A stretch of DNA of 64,000 bases. Origin: Halobacteriovoraceae bacterium (GTDB lineage Bacteria > Bdellovibrionota > Bacteriovoracia > Bacteriovoracales > Bacteriovoracaceae). The DNA is taken from assembly GCA_963719505.1 (NCBI GenBank), contig CAVRCF010000003.1:192001-256000 (forward strand). The letters are read 5' to 3'. The position numbers were made by a program, and so were the translations under genes. Under the pieces are notes generated by a model. It ran no database searches. It was not told the origin of the DNA and was given only the letters and a program-made list of their open reading frames with translations. Positions 18,952 through 28,715 of the stretch are shown piece by piece; the first letter of the stretch is position 1, and every line of letters starts with the position of its first letter.

Positions 18952-20013
18952 ATGTTAACTAAGAAGAGATACTCTCTTAAGGAAATTATTATTTGGACTA
19001 AAGCTGAGATTTTTATGTTTTTCATCTTATCAATTGCTGTGGCTATTTTATATTCATTTTTTAAACTTGAGTTTCTTCAAGTCCCATGGACGCCCGTTGC
19101 TCTGATAGGTACGGCGGTGGCATTTGTCTTAGGGTTTCAGAATAACTCGGCTTATGGGCGAATTTGGGAGGCACGTAAAATTTGGGGTGGAATTGTTAAT
19201 ACTTCGAGAATGTGGGGTATGAATATTAAAGACATGATAACAAATGAACACGTAAAGGACTCATCATCACTGGAAAACTTAGACGACTATGTGAAACACT
19301 TTGTAAAAAGACACATCGTTTGGTTAACTGCTCTAAGACATGCAATGAGGCAACCTAAAAAATGGGAAGTCTATTCCGATTTAAAAAGTAACAATAAGTG
19401 GTCAGAGATAATCCACATTCCAGAGAGGAAGGTTGATGTTATAATAGATCTTAAAAAATACTTGTCTGAAAGCGAAATGTCTTATGTTGAAAATAAAAGT
19501 AACAAGCCAGCTGCTATTTTGTTTCTCCAGTCGAGTGAACTCAAAAAGTTAAAAGAAAGCGGACATATATGGGAGTTCTCGTATTTGGAACTACAAAGTC
19601 TTTTAAATGAACTTTTTACGTTGCAAGGAAAGTCAGAGCGAATAAAAAACTTTCCATACCCAAGACAGTACGCAACTTTGAGCCATATCTTCGTTTGGAT
19701 CTTTTTAATCTTACTTCCATTTGGCTTAATACCTGAGTTCTCAAAAATAGGTCAAAGCTTTTCAAGTCAGTTTCCCATTGTTGGTGATTACTTTGTAATT
19801 ATTGGTGTGTTTTTTTGTGTTGTTGTATCTTGGGTTTTTTACACTATGGAGAGAATTGGCAGAACTGGAGAAAACCCTTTTGAAGGCACTCCAAACGACG
19901 TTCCTATTTCAACAATCTCAAGAGGTATTGAAATTGACTTGTTGCAATTACTAAATGAGGATAAAGAATCTATACCTTCTCAGTTTCCTGAAAATTATGA
20001 TGTACAGATGTAG
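18952..20013 (+). CDS. Bestrophin-family ion channel
   Basis: F.NNSAY.R.WEARK.WG..VN, ERIKNFPYP, ENPF..NDVP. Confidence 0.9.
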   Translation: MLTKKRYSLKEIIIWTKAEIFMFFILSIAVAILYSFFKLEFLQVPWTPVALIGTAVAFVLGFQNNSAYGRIWEARKIWGGIVNTSRMWGMNIKDMITNEHVKDSSSLENLDDYVKHFVKRHIVWLTALRHAMRQPKKWEVYSDLKSNNKWSEIIHIPERKVDVIIDLKKYLSESEMSYVENKSNKPAAILFLQSSELKKLKESGHIWEFSYLELQSLLNELFTLQGKSERIKNFPYPRQYATLSHIFVWIFLILLPFGLIPEFSKIGQSFSSQFPIVGDYFVIIGVFFCVVVSWVFYTMERIGRTGENPFEGTPNDVPISTISRGIEIDLLQLLNEDKESIPSQFPENYDVQM

Positions 20014-20036
20014 TAACTAATAAATTATATTGGTGA

Positions 20037-20733
20037 CTAATCTGTTTGTGTGTACCAAGCTCTTATGAGAAGCGATTGGAAAAATTGTACTGGTTTTTTA
20101 AAGCTTGATGCTTCAAATATCCCTTCAGCTTCTTGCGGAGATATAATACCAAGGTTCTCTTTCACTCCCTTTACAGCATTTTGTAACTCTGATTCATTAA
20201 CTTTGTGATCTTGCTTCATGCCTAACCAGTTCTTCATTAAATTTGGAAATGAAGAAGTTTCAAAGTCTGCACTTATCTCGGCATTAATAAAAATACCTTT
20301 TGCTTTAACCGACTTTCAATATCTTTAAATAGGTTTTCTCTTTCCTCAATAGTTTTTAAAAAAAATGGGTAACAAATAAACACATTGAGGCATCAAATTT
20401 ATCTTCGCTCACGAGCTCGTGTAGGAAACCGTGGAATAGCTCACACTGACTTTCTAAGTTTTCATTTTTAAATCGTTCTTTACAATCATTAATCATCGAT
20501 AGTGATGGCTCTATCCCAACAAATTTCCATGTTGGGTTTTCTTTCGCTATTTTAATTACTTCAACTCCAGTCCCAATACCAACGCAAAGTATATGAGCAT
20601 TGTCAGGTAGATTTTGTAATATTAGCGAATTTAAGTAATGCAGGTTTTCAGAGATTGGTTTGTATGATTCATTTGTTTTATCATAAACATCTGCAGTCAT
20701 ATTATTAAAAATTTCTACAGCTTTATTCTTCAT
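20037..20733 (-). pseudogene. Class I SAM-dependent methyltransferase, frameshifted
   Basis: ILCVGIGTG motif I, GIEPS; C-terminal FFQSLLIRAW in a separate ORF. Confidence 0.75.
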
Positions 20734-20758
20734 TTTGCTTTCCAGTTAATTTTCTGTC

Positions 20759-20850
20759 GCACGAACTCTTGAACCTTTTCAAACCCCAGAAACAAAAAAA
20801 CGAAGCAAAAGCTTCGTAATCTCGGTAATCTAAATGCCCAAAAAGGGTTC
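20759..20850 (+). repeat. Junction repeat R7, left arm, ending at aaaagggttc
   Basis: Near-identical to 25995-26085; inner hairpin shows covarying acgaagc/gcttcgt. Confidence 0.92.
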
Positions 20851-20874
20851 AATCTATAATCAGGTTAGAGATTA

Positions 20875-21955
20875 TTAAAGTTTATTTAAATAACTAATAT
20901 CAATTAATCTCTGATATTTTTTTCGTAATAAAAATGAAGGTAAATATTTAAGAATTAAGTTTCTGAAGAAGTTTTTTAAATTAGAAGTTGAATGGACAAA
21001 TTTTCCATAACTCCAAGACTCGTCAACTATAGATTTAACTTTTTTATATCGAAGGTTGACTAAATGAGAACCTGCACTATCGAACCCATATTTGTTGATA
21101 CAAAGACTCAGTGTGTAAGCATCCTCTATCGCTTGACAGGCGCCTTGTGCCAAGTTTGCAGTAGTTGCATGAATTGAATCACCTATTAAAATTATGTTAT
21201 TAGAATACCACTTTTTTGGAACTGGGTTGAGATCATGCATGTCGTTTCTGTAGATTTTGTCACTACATTCGATTATTTCAATTGCAGTTTCTTCAAAATC
21301 ATCTAAAAGTTGCTTGAGCTTTTTCTTTACATCTGTTGAGTCTTTTAGACCCTCTGGAGAAGTAGTTGCTAAGTACCAATATATTCTATCATCATAAAAA
21401 GGAATAGTGGCAAATCTTACATTGTTACCGAGTTGTTCGTTATATGCATCTTGAAACTTTAATTGAATAGGTTTAGATGTTACTCCTCGCCACACAGTCT
21501 GATCTGAGTATCTTTTAGCAATACTAGGAAAGAGTTGTTTTCTGACTAGAGAATTTATACCGTCACAGGCAACAAGAACTTCATAATTCGAGTGTGTTCC
21601 GTCTTCCCAAGAAATCATAGATGAATCTTGTTTTATTTGTTTTAAACGTTTATTGAAGATAATCTTTTCTTTTGGAAGATTTTCTAAAAGCATATCAGCT
21701 AAAAACTTCCTTGAAACGTTAGCGCCTTGACTTGAAATAGGGAGGTTTCTTATCAAATTTAACTTGTGATCAGTAATTACTGCTTTGTTTATGTATGCTC
21801 CTCGAGTAAGAAGAGTTTTTGTATTTATTACGTTTGATAGAATCTCAATAGTGCTTGAGCTTAAACCAATACCTGTTTCTATTTCTGGAACAACCTCTTG
21901 AGATTCATAAAGAACAAAGTCAATTTCTAAAATCTGTAAAAAATTTGCAAGTGTT
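20875..21955 (-). pseudogene. FAD-dependent monooxygenase truncated at its N-terminus by IS1380
   Basis: ACDGINS and IGDSIHA...QGACQAIEDA motifs; frame extends to LTLANF at the IS junction, and the GxGxxG motif is missing. Confidence 0.85.
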
Positions 21956-22098
21956 AACGTAACCGCGCACGATGATACCTAATATCGTGCGTTCCAAGTA
22001 GTCGTAATAAGGCTTTTCATCATTTTGATAAATTCACCCAAAAATTGAAAAAAAAGTGTTTTTTTTACGGCCCTGCATAAAGAAAAAGCTTTTTTGTT

Positions 22099-23535
22099 TT
22101 GATATCTTTTTATCGCCAAACAAAAAAAAACAAACCAAAAAAGCTTTTTAGCAAAAGAACTGCCATGTACAAAACTATCAAAATTGAATCAACTTCTCAA
22201 ACATTCTCTTCTCATTCTGGTCTATTTTTATTTGAAGAGCTCTGGAAGCAACTAAAACTAGATAAAAGACTCAAATCTAAGATGCCCCGCAAAAAGAAAA
22301 ACATAGGTCCAACTCAATTAGATAAGTTTAAATCTCTACTTTATTCGTTTGTTGTTGGAAATGATTGTCTTTCTGATATTGATAATTCAAATAAAGATCC
22401 ATTGTTTGCAGAACTTACTGGGAAGGTTGCAGCTAGGACTCAAGGTGATTTTTTAAAGTCATTTGGAAATAGACATGCTGAAAAATTACAGGAATTTTTA
22501 GTTGAGCTAACTTTTGAGCTTAGAGCTTTGATGTTTCCAGATGATATAAAGTTTATTCTTTCAATGGATTCTACGCCTCATGAACATTACGGAAAAAATA
22601 TGGAAGGGATGGCGTGGAACTATAAAAATATGTGGTGCCTTGATTCTCAAAATGCTTATGATCAATTTGGATTTAGTTATTTGTTCGATCTTCGTCCTGG
22701 AAATACTCATTCGGGTAAAGATGCTGAGCGCTGGGTGCATGAAATTTTTAAGAATTGTCCAAGTCATTTAGAAAGATGGTTTAGAGCAGACTCCGCATAT
22801 GGAAAGCAAGAAGTTTATAAAGCTCTTCAAGCCAAAGGAGCAAAGTTTGCAATAGTTCTTAGGGATAATATAAGTCGATATGTTAGAAAGAAGAATCGAA
22901 ATATGTTGAATTGGGAGAAGACAGAACTTGAGTTTTTCAAGTCAAAAGAGTGTGAAATAGCGATGTCTCATTACCCAATTAAAAGCTTAGGGGAGATGCG
23001 AGTCGTTTTTATTAGAGCCCGAAAGAGCGTAGATGATATCAATGAGGCTCGAGACCTCTTTAAGAATTACAATCCTGAAGAACACGACTATAGACATTAT
23101 TCTATCATAACAAACATTGGTTTTTCAGAGATGAACAATGAAGAAGTTTTTGAGTTTTATAAAGATAGAGCAACAGCAGAGAGCTATATTCGAGAGCAAA
23201 AGTACGGCTTTGATTTTTTAAACTTTCCTTGTCGTCGTTTGAGAGCGAATAAAATTTTTGGATTAGTAGGAACGTTTGCACATAATTTAACGAGAGTAAT
23301 TTCTTTTTGCATGGAAGAGAAGTGGCGAACAGTTCGAGATAGAAAAAGTGGAGAAAGGATTCGTGTAAAACAGCTTGGATATTTTTCAAAGAGTGTTAGA
23401 AGTCATGTCATAAATATTGCGGGGCAGTTGATCCGAAGTGCTCGGAAACTAAAGTTAAGAATTTACTTTAAACAGGAGGTGGTGCTTAACAGGATTATGA
23501 AAAATTTATTGTTTAAGTTTAGTTTACAAACCTGA
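22099..23535 (+). CDS. IS1380-family transposase (copy 1; ATG at 22165 is the likely start)
   Basis: S.SGL.LF, LSMDST, LRPGN.HS, RADSAY, Y..R...E..I.E.K. Confidence 0.9.
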   Translation: MISFYRQTKKNKPKKLFSKRTAMYKTIKIESTSQTFSSHSGLFLFEELWKQLKLDKRLKSKMPRKKKNIGPTQLDKFKSLLYSFVVGNDCLSDIDNSNKDPLFAELTGKVAARTQGDFLKSFGNRHAEKLQEFLVELTFELRALMFPDDIKFILSMDSTPHEHYGKNMEGMAWNYKNMWCLDSQNAYDQFGFSYLFDLRPGNTHSGKDAERWVHEIFKNCPSHLERWFRADSAYGKQEVYKALQAKGAKFAIVLRDNISRYVRKKNRNMLNWEKTELEFFKSKECEIAMSHYPIKSLGEMRVVFIRARKSVDDINEARDLFKNYNPEEHDYRHYSIITNIGFSEMNNEEVFEFYKDRATAESYIREQKYGFDFLNFPCRRLRANKIFGLVGTFAHNLTRVISFCMEEKWRTVRDRKSGERIRVKQLGYFSKSVRSHVINIAGQLIRSARKLKLRIYFKQEVVLNRIMKNLLFKFSLQT

Positions 23536-23959
23536 GCGCGTGTTCTTTGAAAAATGAATATTGTAAACCAGCTTGAACTACTGCCACCAAGGCAGACGTG
23601 CGCCTTGAGTACGTCTTTGAGTAGTTAAAACATACGCTCGAGAAGAAAGGTTGTGTTTTTATCGGAGGAAAATAGAGAATGGAAATGAAGTAGGGGACAA
23701 CTTTTGAATAAAGGTTTGGGAATGGCTGTTTTGGCGACAAAATAAGTAGATGAAAAAGTACCTGGGAGCTTTTTGAAGAGAGTTTTGAGTTTACTCGCGG
23801 AAAATTTTGATGTTGGAACGTAACCGCGCACGATGATACCTAATATCGTGCGTTCCAAGTAGTCGTAATAAGGCTTTTCATCATTTTGATAAATTCACCC
23901 AAAAATTGAAAAAAAAGTGTTTTTTTTACGGCCCTGCATAAAGAAAAAGCTTTTTTGTT

Positions 23960-25396
23960 TTGATATCTTTTTATCGCCAAACAAAAAAAAACAAACCAAA
24001 AAAGCTTTTTAGCAAAAGAACTGCCATGTACAAAACTATCAAAATTGAATCAACTTCTCAAACATTCTCTTCTCATTCTGGTCTATTTTTATTTGAAGAG
24101 CTCTGGAAGCAACTAAAACTAGATAAAAGACTCAAATCTAAGATGCCCCGCAAAAAGAAAAACATAGGTCCAACTCAATTAGATAAGTTTAAATCTCTAC
24201 TTTATTCGTTTGTTGTTGGAAATGATTGTCTTTCTGATATTGATAATTCAAATAAAGATCCATTGTTTGCAGAACTTACTGGGAAGGTTGCAGCTAGGAC
24301 TCAAGGTGATTTTTTAAAGTCATTTGGAAATAGACATGCTGAAAAATTACAGGAATTTTTAGTTGAGCTAACTTTTGAGCTTAGAGCTTTGATGTTTCCA
24401 GATGATATAAAGTTTATTCTTTCAATGGATTCTACGCCTCATGAACATTACGGAAAAAATATGGAAGGGATGGCGTGGAACTATAAAAATATGTGGTGCC
24501 TTGATTCTCAAAATGCTTATGATCAATTTGGATTTAGTTATTTGTTCGATCTTCGTCCTGGAAATACTCATTCGGGTAAAGATGCTGAGCGCTGGGTGCA
24601 TGAAATTTTTAAGAATTGTCCAAGTCATTTAGAAAGATGGTTTAGAGCAGACTCCGCATATGGAAAGCAAGAAGTTTATAAAGCTCTTCAAGCCAAAGGA
24701 GCAAAGTTTGCAATAGTTCTTAGGGATAATATAAGTCGATATGTTAGAAAGAAGAATCGAAATATGTTGAATTGGGAGAAGACAGAACTTGAGTTTTTCA
24801 AGTCAAAAGAGTGTGAAATAGCGATGTCTCATTACCCAATTAAAAGCTTAGGGGAGATGCGAGTCGTTTTTATTAGAGCCCGAAAGAGCGTAGATGATAT
24901 CAATGAGGCTCGAGACCTCTTTAAGAATTACAATCCTGAAGAACACGACTATAGACATTATTCTATCATAACAAACATTGGTTTTTCAGAGATGAACAAT
25001 GAAGAAGTTTTTGAGTTTTATAAAGATAGAGCAACAGCAGAGAGCTATATTCGAGAGCAAAAGTACGGCTTTGATTTTTTAAACTTTCCTTGTCGTCGTT
25101 TGAGAGCGAATAAAATTTTTGGATTAGTAGGAACGTTTGCACATAATTTAACGAGAGTAATTTCTTTTTGCATGGAAGAGAAGTGGCGAACAGTTCGAGA
25201 TAGAAAAAGTGGAGAAAGGATTCGTGTAAAACAGCTTGGATATTTTTCAAAGAGTGTTAGAAGTCATGTCATAAATATTGCGGGGCAGTTGATCCGAAGT
25301 GCTCGGAAACTAAAGTTAAGAATTTACTTTAAACAGGAGGTGGTGCTTAACAGGATTATGAAAAATTTATTGTTTAAGTTTAGTTTACAAACCTGA
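23960..25396 (+). CDS. IS1380-family transposase (copy 2)
   Basis: Protein identical to copy 1. Confidence 0.9.
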   Translation: MISFYRQTKKNKPKKLFSKRTAMYKTIKIESTSQTFSSHSGLFLFEELWKQLKLDKRLKSKMPRKKKNIGPTQLDKFKSLLYSFVVGNDCLSDIDNSNKDPLFAELTGKVAARTQGDFLKSFGNRHAEKLQEFLVELTFELRALMFPDDIKFILSMDSTPHEHYGKNMEGMAWNYKNMWCLDSQNAYDQFGFSYLFDLRPGNTHSGKDAERWVHEIFKNCPSHLERWFRADSAYGKQEVYKALQAKGAKFAIVLRDNISRYVRKKNRNMLNWEKTELEFFKSKECEIAMSHYPIKSLGEMRVVFIRARKSVDDINEARDLFKNYNPEEHDYRHYSIITNIGFSEMNNEEVFEFYKDRATAESYIREQKYGFDFLNFPCRRLRANKIFGLVGTFAHNLTRVISFCMEEKWRTVRDRKSGERIRVKQLGYFSKSVRSHVINIAGQLIRSARKLKLRIYFKQEVVLNRIMKNLLFKFSLQT

Positions 25397-25721
25397 GCGC
25401 GTGTTCTTTGAAAAATGAATATTGTAAACCAGCTTGAACTACTGCCACCAAGGCAGACGTGCGCCTTGAGTACGTCTTTGAGTAGTTAAAACATACGCTC
25501 GAGAAGAAAGGTTGTGTTTTTATCGGAGGAAAATAGAGAATGGAAATGAAGTAGGGGACAACTTTTGAATAAAGGTTTGGGAATGGCTGTTTTGGCGACA
25601 AAATAAGTAGATGAAAAAGTACCTGGGAGCTTTTTGAAGAGAGTTTTGAGTTTACTCGCGGAAAATTTTGATGTTGGAAAAAAAGATAGCGATTTAAAAT
25701 GAGCCGAATTGAAAAAAAAGA

Positions 25722-25948
25722 GCTAGAGCAAAAAAAAAGGCGCAACTATGCGACCTCTATGGACCAGCGAACTCAAAATGAGCCGAATGAAAAAAATATT
25801 GTCAGAGCAGTGGAAAAGATTCTCGCGGATTTGGGCTAGAGCAAAAAAAAAGGCGCAACTATGCGACCTCTATGGACCAGCGAACTCAAAATGAGCCGAA
25901 TGAAAAAAATATTGTCAGAGCAGTGGAAAAGATTCTCGCGGATTTGGG
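25722..25948 (+). repeat. 113-bp tandem duplication of the IS right end
   Basis: gctagagcaaaa...ctcgcggatttgg starts at 25722 and again at 25835. Confidence 0.9.
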
Positions 25949-25994
25949 ATTTGGGTTTTGTTTTTAGATGTTTTTTTCATTGATATTTTCCGCT

Positions 25995-26101
25995 CACGAA
26001 CTTTTGAACCTTTTTAAACCCCAGAAACAAAAAAACAAGCTCAAAGGCTTGTAATTTCGGTAATCTAAATGCCCAAAAAGGGTTCGAAAATGGCGGGAGC
26101 G
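25995..26101 (+). repeat. Junction repeat R8, continuous with the tRNA-Asp 3' end
   Basis: Reference copy for R1-R7. Confidence 0.93.
26029..26052 (-). terminator. Rho-independent terminator downstream of tRNA-Asp, inside the repeat
   Basis: Minus strand acaagc-ctttga-gcttgt followed by a T-run. Confidence 0.7.
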
Positions 26102-26167
26102 AAGGGACTCGAACCCTCGGCCTTCTGCGTGACAGGCAGACGTTATAACCAACTTAACTACGCCCCC
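26091..26167 (-). tRNA. tRNA-Asp(GTC)
   Basis: GGGGGCG/CGCTCCC acceptor stem, TCTGC-CTGTCAC-GCAGA anticodon arm, GGTTCGAGT T-loop, encoded CCA. Confidence 0.98.
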
Positions 26168-26301
26168 GTGTGTTTTCGTAAGATAGAATATAAATGGTGA
26201 GGGGAAAAGCGTCAAGAAAAAAAGGTCTCAAGCCATTAAAAAAACATCTTTTACCAACAGAACCTGTTTATGCTATGATTGGCTATGTTGCGAGGTGACA
26301 A

Positions 26302-27357
26302 ATGGGTTTTATTCACAGTCTATGGAATTATATTTTAGTATCAGCACCGTATCTTTTATTCGGTCTTCTTTTGGCGGGGTTCGTTAGCGAATTTATGCCA
26401 ATGGATAAGATTAAAAAGTGGCTTGGTGGCAATAGCTTTATGTCTGTCATAAGGGCTTCTCTCATTGGCGTTCCTCTTCCGCTTTGTTCGTGTTCTGTTA
26501 TTCCAACAGCTGTAACTTTAAGAAAATCTGGAGCAAGTAATGCTTCAACATCTGCATTTCTTATATCCACACCAGAATCTGGGGTCGACTCAATAAGTTT
26601 AACTTATGCCCTTATTGACCTACCAATGGCCATCATAAGACCAATCGCTGCATTCTTATCTGCGATCGTTGCGGGATTCTTTCATTTAAAATTCAATAAA
26701 TTTGAGGCTCCACTTGAGCCACAGGCCCCTAAGTCTTGTTGTTCAAAAACCAAAGTAACTTTAGAGCAGCCAGAAATAAGAAAAGAGAATCGGTTTATAC
26801 GTGCTGCAAAGTTTGGCTATGGAAGTTTACTCAATGATATCGCTTTATGGTTAGCAATCGGAATGCTTGGTGGTGCTCTGATCGACTTTGTTGTTCCAGC
26901 AGACTTCTTTTTGCAATATGGTTCTAATGTCGGACGGTACCTAATCTTATTAGTAGGTATCCCTCTTTATATTTGTGCAACAGCTTCTACCCCAATTGCC
27001 GTATCCTTGATCCTTAAAGGCCTCTCTCCTGGAGCGGCGCTGATCCTCTTACTAGTGGGACCTGCGACAAATATTTCAAATATTGCAGTTTTACAAAAGT
27101 ATATTGGTAAAAAAGGTGTGGTTATCAATATTTTGAGTATTGCTCTTGTTGCCCTTGCCCTCTCTTATGCAACAGACTGGATGTATGGAAATTGGTTTAC
27201 CCTAAATCTTTCTGAGAAGCTTTCAAGTCATGAGCACACTGGTGCTTGGTGGGAAGTTGTTTCAGGTATTACCTTAAGTGCTCTTATCCTTAAGGGTATT
27301 TTTATTGAGGAAATTAAGCCACGCTTTCATAAAATGAATGAACACTCTCATGCCTAA
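26302..27357 (+). CDS. DUF318/ArsP-type permease (SO_0444-like metal efflux)
   Basis: PLPLCSCSVIP, TPESGVDS, PLYICATASTP, GPATN. Confidence 0.88.
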   Translation: MGFIHSLWNYILVSAPYLLFGLLLAGFVSEFMPMDKIKKWLGGNSFMSVIRASLIGVPLPLCSCSVIPTAVTLRKSGASNASTSAFLISTPESGVDSISLTYALIDLPMAIIRPIAAFLSAIVAGFFHLKFNKFEAPLEPQAPKSCCSKTKVTLEQPEIRKENRFIRAAKFGYGSLLNDIALWLAIGMLGGALIDFVVPADFFLQYGSNVGRYLILLVGIPLYICATASTPIAVSLILKGLSPGAALILLLVGPATNISNIAVLQKYIGKKGVVINILSIALVALALSYATDWMYGNWFTLNLSEKLSSHEHTGAWWEVVSGITLSALILKGIFIEEIKPRFHKMNEHSHA

Positions 27358-28090
27358 ATCAATTTTCATCACAGGTGGAACATCTGGTATTGGTCTCGCA
27401 GTCGCTAAGCTTTATAAGTCTAGAGGCTTTCGCGTGGGAATTTGTGGAAGAAATAAAGAAGTTCTAAGTCAGTATGCCGGTGAATTTGAAGTTTTTGAAG
27501 TTGAAGTCACTAATCTTTCACAGGTCGAGCTCGCCATAGAGACGTTTGCTAAAGGTGGGTTAGATATCGTTTATGCTAATGCTGGTGTTGGGTACGAGCA
27601 TAAAAGTAGACTTCCAGACTTTAAAAGGGCCCGTGAGATCATTGATATAAATATCAATGGGGTTCTCAATACTTTTGAAGTGGCGACGAAAATATTTTTA
27701 GAAAATGGCTCTGGAGCTTTGGTAGCGACGGCAAGTGTTGCAGGCTTCAATGGACTCCCAGGCGTTCCAGCTTACAGTGGATCGAAAGCCGCGATTATAA
27801 AGATATGCGAATCGTTAAGACTTGATCTTAGGAGTCGAAATATAGCTGTCACTTGCGTTTGTCCGGGTTTTATTGATACTCCCTTAACTCAAAAAAATCC
27901 TCACTCGATGCCCTTTTTAACAAGTCCTGAGTCAATGGCCATAAAGATTTATGAAGGGGTTGAAAAGAAAAAAAGAAATATTCTTTATCCAACACTTTTT
28001 GCTAGGGTGGTTCTCCTTTTGTCTTTTATGCCGAGGGCCCTTTACGATAAGATTATTACCAAACGTTCGTTAGATTATTCAAAAGAGTAG
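27338..28090 (+). CDS. Short-chain dehydrogenase/reductase
   Basis: TGGTSGIG, ANAG, YSGSK, PGFIDT. Confidence 0.93.
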   Translation: MNTLMPKSIFITGGTSGIGLAVAKLYKSRGFRVGICGRNKEVLSQYAGEFEVFEVEVTNLSQVELAIETFAKGGLDIVYANAGVGYEHKSRLPDFKRAREIIDININGVLNTFEVATKIFLENGSGALVATASVAGFNGLPGVPAYSGSKAAIIKICESLRLDLRSRNIAVTCVCPGFIDTPLTQKNPHSMPFLTSPESMAIKIYEGVEKKKRNILYPTLFARVVLLLSFMPRALYDKIITKRSLDYSKE

Positions 28091-28145
28091 AACATTATAG
28101 CTTTGTATTGTTTACAGCCAAACGACTTAGGTATATTTTAGATCT

Positions 28146-28715
28146 ATGTCTTTTGGTGTGCATCAATTTATTCATTCAACAGGTCGAGCGAGCTATTTTG
28201 TAGAACGACCTTTTGGCAATATCCTTGTCTTCTCTGATGATATAGAACAAGTTGATCATGACTTTGTAAAAGCAAAAGGCGGTCTCTTTCGCCAGTATTT
28301 TGAAAGCCCTGAAGGAGTTAACTCCCTTAATAGGCAATTATTTAGAATCTATGGAGCAAAAGCTGTTGGCTGCTGGAGCCAAGAGGCTTTTGACCACGCG
28401 ATTGTCTTAGAGAGATTTGGTATCGATTTTAGCGACCCCTCTATTAAATTTAAAACACAAGGGGAGGCGAAGTACTTAGTTATCTCCCAAAAAAGCAAAA
28501 AAATGGCCGTTATGGGTTCGTCATTCGACTTAAAAGCAACGGGTGAGATCATGGTTTTAGGCCATGAGCAAACAGATAATATTTTAACTAAGTTAAAAAA
28601 TGATTCAGTTGATATCGTTTTCTTCTCTTCCTTTGAAAAAGAAAACTCTCTTGTGTTTAAAGAGCCAAGTCAATTTCAAAAGCTAAAAAACTTTCTCGTT
28701 AACCTCTTTGGTTAA
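28146..28715 (+). CDS. Hypothetical protein
   Basis: 189-aa ORF filling the intergenic gap. Confidence 0.65.
   Translation: MSFGVHQFIHSTGRASYFVERPFGNILVFSDDIEQVDHDFVKAKGGLFRQYFESPEGVNSLNRQLFRIYGAKAVGCWSQEAFDHAIVLERFGIDFSDPSIKFKTQGEAKYLVISQKSKKMAVMGSSFDLKATGEIMVLGHEQTDNILTKLKNDSVDIVFFSSFEKENSLVFKEPSQFQKLKNFLVNLFG

Larger units (their letters stand above)
21956..25948 (+). mobile_element. Two IS1380-family copies (1861-bp direct repeat) plus a duplicated 113-bp right end
   Basis: 21956-23816 repeats at 23817-25677 with identical ORFs; right end ..cgcggatttggg at 25835 and 25948. Confidence 0.88.

Noticed and set aside
394-26101. Repeat series read as a CRISPR array or classical integron attC sites
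   Set aside because: Units are ~110 bp, kilobases apart and contain a tRNA end. I saw no cas genes, no RYYYAAC/GTTRRRY box pairs and no intact intI.
25994-26215. 73-aa ORF on the minus strand
   Set aside because: It is a translation of tRNA-Asp and its terminator.
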